The position numbers and the translations under genes were made by a program. A stretch of DNA of 64,000 nucleotides from an uncultured Gammaproteobacteria bacterium (GTDB lineage Bacteria > Patescibacteriota > Microgenomatia > Daviesbacterales > UBA10151), in the NCBI GenBank assembly GCA_964406775.1, contig CAYOSW010000001.1:10474-74473 (forward strand), given 5' to 3'. Numbering within the stretch: the stretch's first letter is position 1; every line of letters begins with the position of its first letter. The notes beneath the pieces are model-generated. The model was not told the origin of the DNA. It ran no database searches and saw only the letters and a program-made list of their open reading frames with translations. Of this stretch, positions 36,112 to 46,770 are shown piece after piece.

Positions 36112-39015
36112 ATGACAAATGAAAAAATAATCATCAGGGGAGCCAGACAGCATAATCTCAAGAATGTTGATCTGGAAATTCCGAAAAACAGCCTGGTTGT
36201 CTTTACCGGGATTTCAGGTTCGGGTAAATCCTCGCTGGCTTTTGATACTCTCTATGCGGAGGGTCAGAGAAGATATGTAGAGAGCTTATCCGCATACGCC
36301 AGACAGTTTCTGGGAGTTATGGACAAACCCGATGTTGATTATATAGAAGGATTATCTCCAGCAATTTCCATTGATCAAAAATCATCCTCGCACAATCCGC
36401 GTTCGACAGTCGGTACGACAACCGAAATTTATGACTATATGAGACTGCTGTTTGCGCGTGTTGGGCATCCTCATTGTCCGGTTTGCGGACGGGAAATTTC
36501 CCGGATGAGTGTTCAGCAGATTACCGAGGCAGTTATAGCCAAAATTAAAGATTCTTCAAAAAAGCAGTACCGGTTTTTTGTGATGGCTCCGATTGTAAAG
36601 GACAGAAAAGGAGAATTTACATCACTTTTTGAGGATTTGAGGAAAAAAGGATTCTCAAGAATCAGAATTGACGGCCATTTAAGGGAACTCTCGGAAGACT
36701 TTATGCTCCTTAAGAACAATAAGCATTCCATTGATCTTATCGTTGACCGTTTAGCTTTGGACAAGAAAAGTGTTCAAGAGCAAAGTAATTACTCAAGAAT
36801 TTCACAATCAATTGAAACAGCGAGCAAGATGGGTGAAGGCTCAGTTATTATTTCCGAAGTATTGGACAGCTCGCTTGATTTCCCTCAGAATCCGAAAAAA
36901 CTTGAGGACCATCTTTACTCAGAGCGGTTTGCCTGTCCTATCGATAATATTGCATTGTCCGAAGTCGAACCCCGACTGTTTTCATTTAACTCACCTCACG
37001 GAGCTTGTCCTGAATGTACGGGACTCGGTTCGCTTCTTGAAATTGATCCCGATAGTATCTTGAACCCGATACTCTCTATAGTTGAGGGAGGGATTTTGCC
37101 CTGGAGTAAACTTGCAACGAATGAGACTTGGTTTACCAGACTTATTGAAGCAGTAGGTAAGGAATACGGCTTTACAATGAGTACCAGGCTTGGTGAGTTG
37201 AGCCCGGAGGCAAGAGAAATTTTGCTTTACGGAGCCGGCGAAAAAGAATTTTCTGTTGAGGGGAAAAACCGGCAGGGCAGATGGGTGAGTTTCCACTCAA
37301 CATTCAAAGGACTTGTTGAAAACCTGAAAGAGCGCTACAGAGAAACAGAATCGGAATGGGTTAAAGCGGAAATTGAAAAGTATATGACCCGCGAAATTTG
37401 TCCGAAATGTAACGGGTCTAGACTGAAGGACGAATCTTTATCCGTTACCGTCGATAAGTTGAATATTGCCGAGGTTACTTCTATGTCGATTCGGGAGGCC
37501 CTGGATTGGGTAAAAAAACTTGAGATCGGTTTAACGCAAACAGATAGGGAGCAGATAATAGCAAAAACAATCCTCAAAGAGATTGTCTCCCGGCTTCAGT
37601 TTTTAGTTGATGTCGGTTTAGACTACCTTACTTTAGACAGAGCTTCTATGACTTTGGCCGGAGGGGAATCCCAACGTATTAGACTGGCCTCTCAAATAGG
37701 TTCTGGACTTTCAGGAGTGCTGTATGTGTTGGATGAGCCTTCGATCGGACTTCACCAAAGGGATAATACCAGGCTGATTACTACATTAAAAAAACTCCGG
37801 GAACTCGGGAACACTGTTATTGTCAACGAACACGATGCCGAAACAATGCTTGAATCGGATTATATGTTTGAGATCGGACCGGGGGCAGGAGAGCACGGCG
37901 GAAGAATAGTCGCCCAGGGGACTCCTCAGCAGATTTTAGATAACCCCGATTCTTTGACCGGAAGATATCTTAAAGGCACTAAAAAAATCGAGATATTGCC
38001 GGAAACAAAAAGAAGCGAGAGTGCGGGAGAGCTTGAGGTCGTTAAGGCATCAGAACACAACCTCAAGAACGTTTCAATTAAATTTCCGCTGGGTAAGTTA
38101 ATCTCTATTACTGGAGTTTCGGGATCGGGTAAATCAACATTGGTTCACGATGTTTTATTTAAAACACTGGCGCAAAAATTCTACCGGGCTAAGGATAAAC
38201 CCGGAAAACACGAAAATGTTTTAGGAACCGAAAATCTGGATAAGATTGTTATGGTTGATCAATCGCCTATCGGACGTACGCCGAGATCAAATCCGGCAAC
38301 TTATACCGGCGCATTTACATTCATAAGGGAACTTTTTGCTGCGTCTCCTGAGGCTAAAATCCGCGGTTATGGTCCGGGCAGGTTTTCATTTAATGTCAAA
38401 GGCGGAAGGTGCGAAGTTTGCGAAGGAGAAGGACAAATTAAAATTGAAATGCAGTTTTTGCCCGATGTGTTCGTAAAGTGCGAGGGGTGCGACGGAAAAA
38501 GATATAACCGTGAGGCTCTCGAAATTCACTTCAAAGATAAGGATATTTCTCAGGTTCTGGATCTAACCGTAGAAGAAGCACTCGACTTTTTTGCGAATAT
38601 TCCGCAGGTAAAAAATAAATTTGCAGTTTTAAATGAGGTCGGATTGGGTTATATAAGGCTGGGACAGCCGGCTACGACTTTGTCGGGAGGAGAAGCCCAG
38701 AGAATTAAGCTTTCGTCCGAACTTTCAAAGCGCCAGACAGGACGGACTTTGTATATTCTTGATGAGCCGACAACCGGACTGCATTTTGCGGATATTGAAC
38801 GGCTGCTTAAAATTTTAAGAAGACTGGTTGATATCGGGAATACGGTTATTATTATTGAGCACAATCTCGACGTTATTAAAAACGCGGACTGGATCATTGA
38901 CCTTGGTCCTGAGGGCGGAGTTGGCGGGGGAACTCTAGTTGCTGAAGGCACACCCAAACAAATTGCTGCAAATCCGAACTCTCACACCGGCCGGTATTTG
39001 GCTAAGATAATCTGA
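36112..39015 (+). CDS. uvrA: Excinuclease ABC subunit A
   Basis: GARQHNLK, two GxSGSGKS Walker A motifs, zinc fingers, LAGGE/LSGGE signatures. Confidence 0.98.
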   Translation: MTNEKIIIRGARQHNLKNVDLEIPKNSLVVFTGISGSGKSSLAFDTLYAEGQRRYVESLSAYARQFLGVMDKPDVDYIEGLSPAISIDQKSSSHNPRSTVGTTTEIYDYMRLLFARVGHPHCPVCGREISRMSVQQITEAVIAKIKDSSKKQYRFFVMAPIVKDRKGEFTSLFEDLRKKGFSRIRIDGHLRELSEDFMLLKNNKHSIDLIVDRLALDKKSVQEQSNYSRISQSIETASKMGEGSVIISEVLDSSLDFPQNPKKLEDHLYSERFACPIDNIALSEVEPRLFSFNSPHGACPECTGLGSLLEIDPDSILNPILSIVEGGILPWSKLATNETWFTRLIEAVGKEYGFTMSTRLGELSPEAREILLYGAGEKEFSVEGKNRQGRWVSFHSTFKGLVENLKERYRETESEWVKAEIEKYMTREICPKCNGSRLKDESLSVTVDKLNIAEVTSMSIREALDWVKKLEIGLTQTDREQIIAKTILKEIVSRLQFLVDVGLDYLTLDRASMTLAGGESQRIRLASQIGSGLSGVLYVLDEPSIGLHQRDNTRLITTLKKLRELGNTVIVNEHDAETMLESDYMFEIGPGAGEHGGRIVAQGTPQQILDNPDSLTGRYLKGTKKIEILPETKRSESAGELEVVKASEHNLKNVSIKFPLGKLISITGVSGSGKSTLVHDVLFKTLAQKFYRAKDKPGKHENVLGTENLDKIVMVDQSPIGRTPRSNPATYTGAFTFIRELFAASPEAKIRGYGPGRFSFNVKGGRCEVCEGEGQIKIEMQFLPDVFVKCEGCDGKRYNREALEIHFKDKDISQVLDLTVEEALDFFANIPQVKNKFAVLNEVGLGYIRLGQPATTLSGGEAQRIKLSSELSKRQTGRTLYILDEPTTGLHFADIERLLKILRRLVDIGNTVIIIEHNLDVIKNADWIIDLGPEGGVGGGTLVAEGTPKQIAANPNSHTGRYLAKII

Positions 39016-39050
39016 TTTTTGCTACAATTAACTCACAGATAATCTTTGTA

Positions 39051-40901
39051 ATGAAAAAGTTTTTATTTTCTCTCCTTTTACTTATCCTTTTGATTGTACC
39101 TTCAGATATTTTTGCGGCTAATGAATTTTCTTCTGGTTATAAAGTTAACTATTCCGTAAACCCGGATGGTGTGACTGAAGTAACCGAGGAGATTTTACTG
39201 AAAAATCTGACCGAAAAATTTTTTCCTTCGAGTTTTAGTGTAATTTTGCCTGGGAACAGCGTAACTGATGTTAAGGCTTCCGATTCTCAGGGCGCATTAG
39301 AAGTCGTTTCCGCAACTGAAGGCCCGAACACCAAGCTTACGGTTAAATTTTCAAACCAGCAGATAATCGGTTTAAACAAAGAGTACTCGTTTAAACTAAT
39401 TTTTAAAGACAGTAGTATCGCAAAAAATCTGGGGAAAACCTGGATGATCAGTATTCCGAAGCTGACACAGGGATCTGAAGTTACGGACTCAACGTTTAGT
39501 TTATCGGTTCCGACCTCTTTTGGTGATCCGGACTATATTGCGCCGTTACCTGTAAAAACAGCTGAGGCCGGCGGACGGATCATTTTTACCTACAACGAAA
39601 AGGAATTTTTTGCCTCCGGCATAACAGCAGTGTTTGGTCGGGAGCTTAACTTTTCTTACAAAACAGGCTACGTTCTGAAAAACAACTCAATTTTTCCTAA
39701 ATATCTGAAAATAGTTCTGCCTTCGGATTCGCACCTGCAAAAATCTTTTCTTGAATCAATTGATCCCAAACCTGAAAATACCGAAACAGATAAACTAGGT
39801 AACACCCTCGCAGTTTTTAAACTTAACCCTGCGCAAGTTCTGAATGTCACATCTGCAGGCCAAGTTAAAACTTTACTCTCGGCCCAAAAAAAGGATTTAT
39901 TGAATAATGAAGAAAAAATTTATTACACGGATTCATCAAGATATTGGGATGTGACAAGTCCGGTGATTAAAAATAAACTATCCGAGATTTTGGCGGCTAA
40001 TAACCCCACAACCGATTTTGAAAAAGCCCGGGAAATTGATAAATTCGTCAGTAATTTTCTGAGATTTAATTCGGATAGATTAAACCGCGGGTTTGACCGG
40101 TTTGGTTCGGTCACTGCCTTAAATAACCCCGAACAATCTCTGGCTGCAGAATTTGTTGATCTGGAGATTGCTTTACTCAGGAGTGCCGGTATTCCTGCCC
40201 GCCAGGTTATCGGTTTTTCTTTAAACTCAAGCGGTAAGCCGTTCTCTTTTGTAAATCAAAAACTTCATACCTGGGTAGAGTTTTACGATAACGAAAAAGG
40301 CTGGGTTATATCTGATCCCGCCTGGGAAAATACAACTAAAGGTATAAATCTCTTTGCCTTTAATGATCTGACTCATATCAGACTCGCAGTTTCTGAAGGC
40401 CGTGATGAGTTTGTTTTACCTACCGAAGCCGAAGCGGGGATATTTGACGGTAATCCTTCGCAAAGGCAAGGAGCTCAACTGAGTGTTGAGGTTGCGCCGG
40501 AAATTCTTTCCGGTTTTCCTGCCAAAGCAAAAATCAGAATCAGTAATTTGGGCAATACCTCTTTCCCCGCAAGCGAACTGCAGATAGATACGTCTAAGAT
40601 TTTATTGGTGACAGGTGACGGAGAGGCGGGTTCTGCAAAAGTTATTAAAACGCAGGTTTTGCCTCCATTCGGTAATCTCGAATATGATCTTAACTTAAAG
40701 ACCGGGGCAATCTGGCATTCGTATCAAGATGTTTTACAAGTTACTTTTGCCGGCTTTACAGACACTCACGTTATTGCGGTAGTTCCGGTACTTTCATACC
40801 GGATTTTTGCAATTGAAATAGTCGGCGGTATTATTATGATAGCCCTTTTTTATATAGCTGTTTTTCTAATCCATCATAAATCTGCAAGAAATTCACGGTA
40901 G
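39051..40901 (+). CDS. Secreted/anchored transglutaminase-like domain protein (catalytic Cys apparently replaced)
   Basis: Signal peptide; SLAAEFVDLEIALLRSAGIPAR, HTWVEFY, SDPAW; C-terminal TM. Confidence 0.8.
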   Translation: MKKFLFSLLLLILLIVPSDIFAANEFSSGYKVNYSVNPDGVTEVTEEILLKNLTEKFFPSSFSVILPGNSVTDVKASDSQGALEVVSATEGPNTKLTVKFSNQQIIGLNKEYSFKLIFKDSSIAKNLGKTWMISIPKLTQGSEVTDSTFSLSVPTSFGDPDYIAPLPVKTAEAGGRIIFTYNEKEFFASGITAVFGRELNFSYKTGYVLKNNSIFPKYLKIVLPSDSHLQKSFLESIDPKPENTETDKLGNTLAVFKLNPAQVLNVTSAGQVKTLLSAQKKDLLNNEEKIYYTDSSRYWDVTSPVIKNKLSEILAANNPTTDFEKAREIDKFVSNFLRFNSDRLNRGFDRFGSVTALNNPEQSLAAEFVDLEIALLRSAGIPARQVIGFSLNSSGKPFSFVNQKLHTWVEFYDNEKGWVISDPAWENTTKGINLFAFNDLTHIRLAVSEGRDEFVLPTEAEAGIFDGNPSQRQGAQLSVEVAPEILSGFPAKAKIRISNLGNTSFPASELQIDTSKILLVTGDGEAGSAKVIKTQVLPPFGNLEYDLNLKTGAIWHSYQDVLQVTFAGFTDTHVIAVVPVLSYRIFAIEIVGGIIMIALFYIAVFLIHHKSARNSR

Positions 40902-40916
40902 TTGTAAAATACGCTG

Positions 40917-42206
40917 ATGTTGCCTTCGTTTGTTAATAAAGAGCTGGTCCCGCATAAACCCGGGATCTATATCTATAAAAATAGTTCCGGCAAAGTAATA
41001 TATGTCGGGAAGGCGGTTGATTTATTTAGCCGGGTTTCGTCGTACTTTAATAACACCTGGAAAGATGTAAAAACCGCAAAATTGGTTGAAAATATTGCTT
41101 CCGCGGAAACAATTATTGTCGAATCGGAAATAGAGGCGTTAATACTTGAGGCAAATCTAATTAAAAAGTATATGCCTGTTTTTAATATCAGGCTTACTGA
41201 TGATAAGGATTACCTATATATAGTAGTGACGGATGAGGATTTCCCCAAAATACTCACGGCCCGGAAGAAAGATATATTAAAGGTTAAAAAATGGTTCGGC
41301 CCGTATCCTTCGGCCACTACAGTTAAAACCACATTAAAAAAGTTAAGGAGAGTTTTTCCCTGGTGTTCCGGAAAGAATCAGGAAGCGGGAATTGTGAATC
41401 AAGCAAAAAGAAAAGCGTGCTTTTATTACCATTTGGGATTGTGTCCGGGAGCTTGTGTCGGGACTATTTCCAAAGAGGACTACGGCAAAATCATCAAAAG
41501 ATTTTCTAAATTTTTAGATGGTAAAAAACAGGAGTTGCTGGAAGAGTTGAATTCCGAAATGGAAAAGGATTCCAAAAATCTGAAATTTGAAGAAGCAGCA
41601 AGCGTTAAAAAAATTATAGAGGGAATAAATTACGTTACGGCTCCGACAAAAATTACCAACTACCTCCTTAATCCGAATTTTTTGGAAGATTTAACTAAAA
41701 ATTCCCTGAGAGAACTTCAGAGTGTTTTAAATTTAAACGAACTACCGGTCAGGATCGAAGGTTACGATATTTCAAACTTCCAGGGCAGCGATGCGACGGG
41801 ATCAATGGTTGTTTTGACTAACGGTGAAATTGATAAATCTCAATACAGAAAATTCAAAATACAAATTACGGGCAAACCCAATGATTTTGCAATGCACGCT
41901 GAAATGATGGGCCGCAGATTAAAACATCAGGAATGGCCTTATCCGCAAGTTTTTATTATTGATGGAGGCAGAGGCCAGGTCAGTTCGGTTGTAAAAATTA
42001 TGCAGGAGATGGGAGTTGATATACCGGTGTTTGGACTCGCAAAAAGAGAAGAATGGCTGTATCCGCCCGAGGGGGATATTATAAAATTGCCTAAAAAATC
42101 ACTGAGCTTGCGTCTCTTGCAAAAACTCCGCGACGAATCTCATAGATTTGCGGTAAGCTATCATAAGAAATTGCGGGCGAAGGCTTTTTTGCCGGATAAA
42201 AAATGA
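40917..42206 (+). CDS. uvrC: Excinuclease ABC subunit C (short, no HhH tail)
   Basis: GIY-YIG domain (PGIY..IYVGKA), Cys cluster, UVR, RIEGYDISN, IDGGRGQ, RDESHRFA. Confidence 0.92.
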   Translation: MLPSFVNKELVPHKPGIYIYKNSSGKVIYVGKAVDLFSRVSSYFNNTWKDVKTAKLVENIASAETIIVESEIEALILEANLIKKYMPVFNIRLTDDKDYLYIVVTDEDFPKILTARKKDILKVKKWFGPYPSATTVKTTLKKLRRVFPWCSGKNQEAGIVNQAKRKACFYYHLGLCPGACVGTISKEDYGKIIKRFSKFLDGKKQELLEELNSEMEKDSKNLKFEEAASVKKIIEGINYVTAPTKITNYLLNPNFLEDLTKNSLRELQSVLNLNELPVRIEGYDISNFQGSDATGSMVVLTNGEIDKSQYRKFKIQITGKPNDFAMHAEMMGRRLKHQEWPYPQVFIIDGGRGQVSSVVKIMQEMGVDIPVFGLAKREEWLYPPEGDIIKLPKKSLSLRLLQKLRDESHRFAVSYHKKLRAKAFLPDKK

Positions 42207-42859
42207 ACAAAGAAAAATTAAATCAATTTACACTGGACATTGAATTTTTGTTAATCTCCGCAGTTCAAGGTGTGGCTTTGGGTGCTCTGGGAACGGCTGC
42301 GGCAGGACCTTTAACTGATCTAAATTACCAATATTGGCCTTATATTATCTCGGGATTTCTGCTTATCTTAACTTTTTGGTCGCAGGCGATCGTTCACTCA
42401 CTGTCTTTTATTAAATGGCCTTTGGATTTGGCGCATAATTTTCTTTACTTTCTTCTGGGGCTGGTTGAGTTTCTGGCATTTACCCAGCTTGAGGATCCCT
42501 TAAGGTGGTTTATTTTTCAGCTGGTGTTTGTCGTTGTCGGAGCGGGGTTGTATCTTGTGGATCTAAAGCTAATTAAAAGCGGGCGGGGGAATTTTGATGA
42601 CACAAAGGAGCAAAAAGCCCTGTATAAACATATCCTGGATGAGCAGGTCAAAGAAATAAAAACTCTTATTCCCTCGGGTCTGTTATTTAATCTGCTGGCT
42701 GTCTACTTTATCTGGAAATATCCCGGAATTTTTATAGATCAGGGGTACCATATTTTTATAGTCGGAATTCAGGTATTACTAACTATGTATATTGTTTCGG
42801 TTTCCATAAAAAGCTTCAGAAAAAGATCGGTACTCATCTCTGCCTGCATTAAAAACTAA
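42203..42859 (+). CDS. Hypothetical multi-pass membrane protein
   Basis: About six hydrophobic segments; overlaps the uvrC stop. Confidence 0.75.
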   Translation: MNKEKLNQFTLDIEFLLISAVQGVALGALGTAAAGPLTDLNYQYWPYIISGFLLILTFWSQAIVHSLSFIKWPLDLAHNFLYFLLGLVEFLAFTQLEDPLRWFIFQLVFVVVGAGLYLVDLKLIKSGRGNFDDTKEQKALYKHILDEQVKEIKTLIPSGLLFNLLAVYFIWKYPGIFIDQGYHIFIVGIQVLLTMYIVSVSIKSFRKRSVLISACIKN

Positions 42860-42876
42860 CTTGCTATAATGAGGTA

Positions 42877-43287
42877 ATGATTAAATCTGTCCTGAGGGAT
42901 TATCTGTTTAATCTCGCTATTCTTTGGGGTGTAACCGAAATTTTCCCGGGGTTAAGTTATACCGGGGGATTTAAAACTCTGGCAATAGGAGCCCTGGGAC
43001 TGATGGCTATGAATCTGGTAATAATTCCGCTTTTAAGAGTGGTTTTTTTGCCTTTAAATATTTTAACTCTGGGCATATTTACCTGGGTAATAAATGTTAT
43101 TGCACTTTACCTGCTTACAACGATAATTCCTCAATTTAAACTTCTGCCTTATAATTTTCCCGGAGGTTCTTTTTTAGGGATTGATCTGCCTCCTCAAAAT
43201 TTCACCCTTCTGTGGGTAGCAATCATAGCCTCGTTTATGATAGGATTTGCAAGCAGATTTGTGCACTGGCTCACATCTCATAAATAG
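42877..43287 (+). CDS. YvlD / 4-TMS 'phage holin' family membrane protein
   Basis: PLLRVVFLPLNILTLGIFTWVIN motif. Confidence 0.85.
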   Translation: MIKSVLRDYLFNLAILWGVTEIFPGLSYTGGFKTLAIGALGLMAMNLVIIPLLRVVFLPLNILTLGIFTWVINVIALYLLTTIIPQFKLLPYNFPGGSFLGIDLPPQNFTLLWVAIIASFMIGFASRFVHWLTSHK

Positions 43288-43289
43288 TT

Positions 43290-43508
43290 ATGTATAACGC
43301 TTTTTTAATTTTGGAAATAATACTCGGAGTAATATTAGTTGTATTAATTGTTCTTCAGTCAAAAGGGACAGGGCTCGGATCCACTTTCGGCGGGGATATG
43401 GGTTTTTACGGTACTAAAAGAGGCGCGGAAAAAATCCTTTTTATCCTTACCATAGTGATTGCCGGCTTATTTTTAACATCTTCTCTCGCGGGAGTAATCC
43501 TGCAGTAA
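43290..43508 (+). CDS. secG: Preprotein translocase subunit SecG
   Basis: LIVLQSKGTGLGSTFGG..KRGAEK; two TMs. Confidence 0.92.
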   Translation: MYNAFLILEIILGVILVVLIVLQSKGTGLGSTFGGDMGFYGTKRGAEKILFILTIVIAGLFLTSSLAGVILQ

Positions 43509-43515
43509 ATTTTTT

Positions 43516-44898
43516 ATGACTTTTTGGGTTGATTTTATCCTGACCTTTTTGAAGCGCAAGAAGTGGCTGATACTCTTTTTTTTAGCAGCTGCAGCTGTTT
43601 TGGCGGGAATTTTTTACTTTACTGTTGCCGTAAATAAACAGGGCAGATTAAAGGAAGGATTGGTCGGTACCCACGAAGAGAGAGATTTGCCTGTAACAAT
43701 TCTGAACTTAATATCCAAGCCTTTAATCAGGGTCGATAAAACCGGGAGTCCTTCGGCAGAACTGGCTGAAAATTGGGAGGTAAATAAAGAAGCAACAATT
43801 TACAGAGTAAAAATCAAACCTGGTCTTTTTTGGAACGACGGAAAACCGCTCAAAGCTTCGGAGATATATCTGGCCATACCTGATGTAGAAATCAACGCGC
43901 CGGACGATCAAACTTTGGAGTTTAAACTGGCCGAAACTTTCAGTCCTTTTACTACACTTTTGACCAAACCAATTTTAAGAAAAGCCCCGACGCCTTACGG
44001 CTTTGAATTGGTTGGAGTTGGGCCTTATGCAGTTAATGCAGTAAAAAAAGATGGTCCGTTTGTAAAAAAACTGGAGCTCGGATCCGGCGATAAAACTTTC
44101 CCTGAAATTACCGTAACTTTTTATCCTAACGAAAAAATTGCTAAATCGGCATTGAAGTTAGGAGAGGTTCAGGCACTCTTAGGGACCACCGAAAGCGGGG
44201 ATTTAAACTTTAATAATCTAGACCGGAAGGAATTTACAAACTACACTCAGCTGGTAACAATATTTTTAAACACCGAAGATCCGATATTATCTGACGAAAA
44301 TCTGCGGATAGCTTTAGCCTTTGGAGCGCCTGAAATTCCAGGATTTGAAATAGCCCGGACTCCGGTGTCTCCTTTCTCTTGGGCGTTTAACGAAAATGTC
44401 AGGGATTATCTATCCAATCCCGAAAAAGCGAAAGAATATCTAAAAAAAGTCCAAAAAGGGAAAGAAGAAACAATAACACTTACCTCAACCAGTTCCCTAT
44501 CCGAGATCGGCGAGAAGGTGGTTGAAAGCTGGAATAACTTAGGTCTTAAAACGGTAACCAGATCCGAATCCGGAATACCGCAAAATTTTCAGGCCCTTCT
44601 CATCACCCAAAATATCCCGGCTGATCCTGATCAATATTCTCTCTGGCATTCAACTCAAAAAGGCGTAACTAATATTTCCAGAATCGCTTCACCTAGAATC
44701 GATAAAGATTTGGAGGACGGTAGAAAAATCACAGATCCTGAAGTGCGTAAGCAAAAATATCAGGACTTCCAGAAGATTTTACTCGATCAGGCACCGGCTG
44801 TTTTTTTGTACTTTCCTAAATATGAGGTGGTCTTTATGAAAAAAGCGGAAGATGAATTGAATAAAGTTTTGCCGGTTCAGCTCTCTAATCTAAACTAA
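43516..44898 (+). CDS. ABC transporter substrate-binding protein, family 5
   Basis: ELAENWEV..WNDGKP, VGVGPY, DPDQYSLWHS, APAVFLY. Confidence 0.85.
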   Translation: MTFWVDFILTFLKRKKWLILFFLAAAAVLAGIFYFTVAVNKQGRLKEGLVGTHEERDLPVTILNLISKPLIRVDKTGSPSAELAENWEVNKEATIYRVKIKPGLFWNDGKPLKASEIYLAIPDVEINAPDDQTLEFKLAETFSPFTTLLTKPILRKAPTPYGFELVGVGPYAVNAVKKDGPFVKKLELGSGDKTFPEITVTFYPNEKIAKSALKLGEVQALLGTTESGDLNFNNLDRKEFTNYTQLVTIFLNTEDPILSDENLRIALAFGAPEIPGFEIARTPVSPFSWAFNENVRDYLSNPEKAKEYLKKVQKGKEETITLTSTSSLSEIGEKVVESWNNLGLKTVTRSESGIPQNFQALLITQNIPADPDQYSLWHSTQKGVTNISRIASPRIDKDLEDGRKITDPEVRKQKYQDFQKILLDQAPAVFLYFPKYEVVFMKKAEDELNKVLPVQLSNLN

Positions 44899-46024
44899 AT
44901 CCCAAAAGTTCAAAACCTGCTTTCGAGGCTCCGGGATTTTTGATACTTGCATAAATCAGCTTCGTAATTGTTGCGGGAACATTAAAATCGTCCTCCAGAT
45001 CTCCGGTCAGTTCATCCAAACTTGATGAGTCTGATTCTATACCTTTCAAATTTTTCTCTATTTCGTTCATATATCCTTGGGCCTGGATCATCAGTTTTTC
45101 CGTATATTCCCAGGGTTTTCGGTAGTGATTCAATAAAAGCATTAGGCGAATTGCATTTGCCGAATATTTTTTAAGAAGGTCTGAAACTAAAACCAAATTT
45201 CCTAAAGATTTACTCATTTTTTCTCCCTCAAAAGAAACCATCGCGATATGCATCCAGAATTTTACAAATGACGCCTTTCCGGTGTAGCTTTCGGATTGAG
45301 CTAATTCCGATTCGTGATGAGGGTAAATTAAATCAAAGCCACCTCCGTGGATATCTATTTGCTCGCCCAGAGTTTTTTTAATCATTGCCGAACATTCGAT
45401 ATGCCAACCCGGTCTGCCTTTACCCCAGGGCGAGTCCCAGGAGGGTTCGTCTTCCGTCGATTTTTGCCATAGTAAAAAATCCAAAGATGCTTTTTTATTC
45501 GGGTCGCTGGGATTTCCTCCGCGTTCTTTTAGAAGTTCAGTCATTTCGCTTGTTGAGTATTTGGAAAGCTTTCCGTAATCCGGAAATTTGGCGGTTTCAA
45601 AATAGACATTGCCGTTTTTCTCATACCCAAACCCGTTAGTCAGTAATTTACTGATCATAATTATTATTTCAGGGATGGAATCGGTTGCCTTAATATAATG
45701 ATCAGGCATTTCAATATTTAAAGAACGCAAATCATTTAAAAATTTATCTGTCCAGAATTTACCGAGTTCCTGCCAATTTTTACCATCTCTTTTTGCCCTC
45801 TTTAAAATATCATCGTCAATATCCGTAACATTTTGAGTATATATAACCCTGTGATTTTTAAATTCCAGATAACGCTTTAAGGCGTCGAAAGTAATATAAA
45901 CAAATGCGTGGCCTAGGTGGGTTGTATCATAAGGAGTAATACCGCAAACATATATTTTAACTTGCCCCGGCTCCAGTGGTTTGAATTCTTCAGCTTGCCG
46001 GGAGTAGGAATTAAACAGTTTCAT
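44885..46024 (-). CDS. MshC-like cysteine ligase / short cysteinyl-tRNA synthetase paralog
   Basis: CGITPYDTTHLGH, GRPGWHIECS, GGGFDLIYPHHE, KMSKSLGNLVLVS; about 379 aa with no full anticodon-binding domain. Confidence 0.8.
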   Translation of the reverse strand: MKLFNSYSRQAEEFKPLEPGQVKIYVCGITPYDTTHLGHAFVYITFDALKRYLEFKNHRVIYTQNVTDIDDDILKRAKRDGKNWQELGKFWTDKFLNDLRSLNIEMPDHYIKATDSIPEIIIMISKLLTNGFGYEKNGNVYFETAKFPDYGKLSKYSTSEMTELLKERGGNPSDPNKKASLDFLLWQKSTEDEPSWDSPWGKGRPGWHIECSAMIKKTLGEQIDIHGGGFDLIYPHHESELAQSESYTGKASFVKFWMHIAMVSFEGEKMSKSLGNLVLVSDLLKKYSANAIRLMLLLNHYRKPWEYTEKLMIQAQGYMNEIEKNLKGIESDSSSLDELTGDLEDDFNVPATITKLIYASIKNPGASKAGFELLGFSLD

Positions 46025-46065
46025 AGAGGTATCGCAGAATGTATAATACATCCGATACTTCATTT

Positions 46066-46770
46066 ATGAAAGCATTATTCATTTTTGCACATCCTGATGA
46101 TGAGACATTCGGTACCGGTGGTACTATCGCCAAACTTGTAAAAAACGGGGTGACGGTCAATGTTATAACTGCGACCACAGGCCAGGCGGGTCAAACGGGA
46201 GAATACGGGGATATAACGCCCAAGGAGCTCGGGGAAAAACGGAAAATTGAGCAATCTGAAGCCGCGAAAATTCTCGGAATTTCAAAGACTACTTACTTGG
46301 GGCTTATGGACGGAGAGCTTATAAATCATCCTGTGGAAGAACTTGCCGGTATACTCACTCCTCTGATAGAGGATGAGAACCCCGATATCGTCATCACCTT
46401 TGAAAAAAACGGCGCCTCCAACCACCCCGACCACAAACAAATCTCACTCGCCGCAACAGAGGCCTTCAAAAAATGGATGAAGGATGCCGGAAAGCACGTC
46501 AGACTTTATCACGTCGGTGTGCCCGTAAGTTATCTTAAAGCTTACGAAAAAGCCGGGCTTACGATGACCGCATTCGGAACGCCCCAGGGGACGCCGGATG
46601 AGGATTTTACAACGGTTATCGATACCTCGGACGTTTTTGAAATAAAGGATAAGGCGGCAAAATGCCACATTTCGCAAAAGAAAGATTGGGACAGATTCGG
46701 AAGCAGAATGGGTATTGTTGATTTGAAAAAAGAATTTTTTGAACTGATCGCAGAGAATGGTCTAGGTTAA
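46066..46770 (+). CDS. PIG-L family N-acetylglucosaminyl deacetylase (MshB/Mca/BshB-like)
   Basis: AHPDDE metal motif, ATTGQAG, HPDH, CHISQ. Confidence 0.9.
   Translation: MKALFIFAHPDDETFGTGGTIAKLVKNGVTVNVITATTGQAGQTGEYGDITPKELGEKRKIEQSEAAKILGISKTTYLGLMDGELINHPVEELAGILTPLIEDENPDIVITFEKNGASNHPDHKQISLAATEAFKKWMKDAGKHVRLYHVGVPVSYLKAYEKAGLTMTAFGTPQGTPDEDFTTVIDTSDVFEIKDKAAKCHISQKKDWDRFGSRMGIVDLKKEFFELIAENGLG

Noticed and set aside
42877-43287. 'Phage holin' as evidence of a prophage
   Set aside because: YvlD-type membrane protein in a housekeeping context next to secG; no phage genes nearby.
44885-46063. Calling this gene housekeeping cysS
   Set aside because: Short length, missing anticodon domain and MshC-type motifs. 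Left without a symbol pending a genome-wide check.
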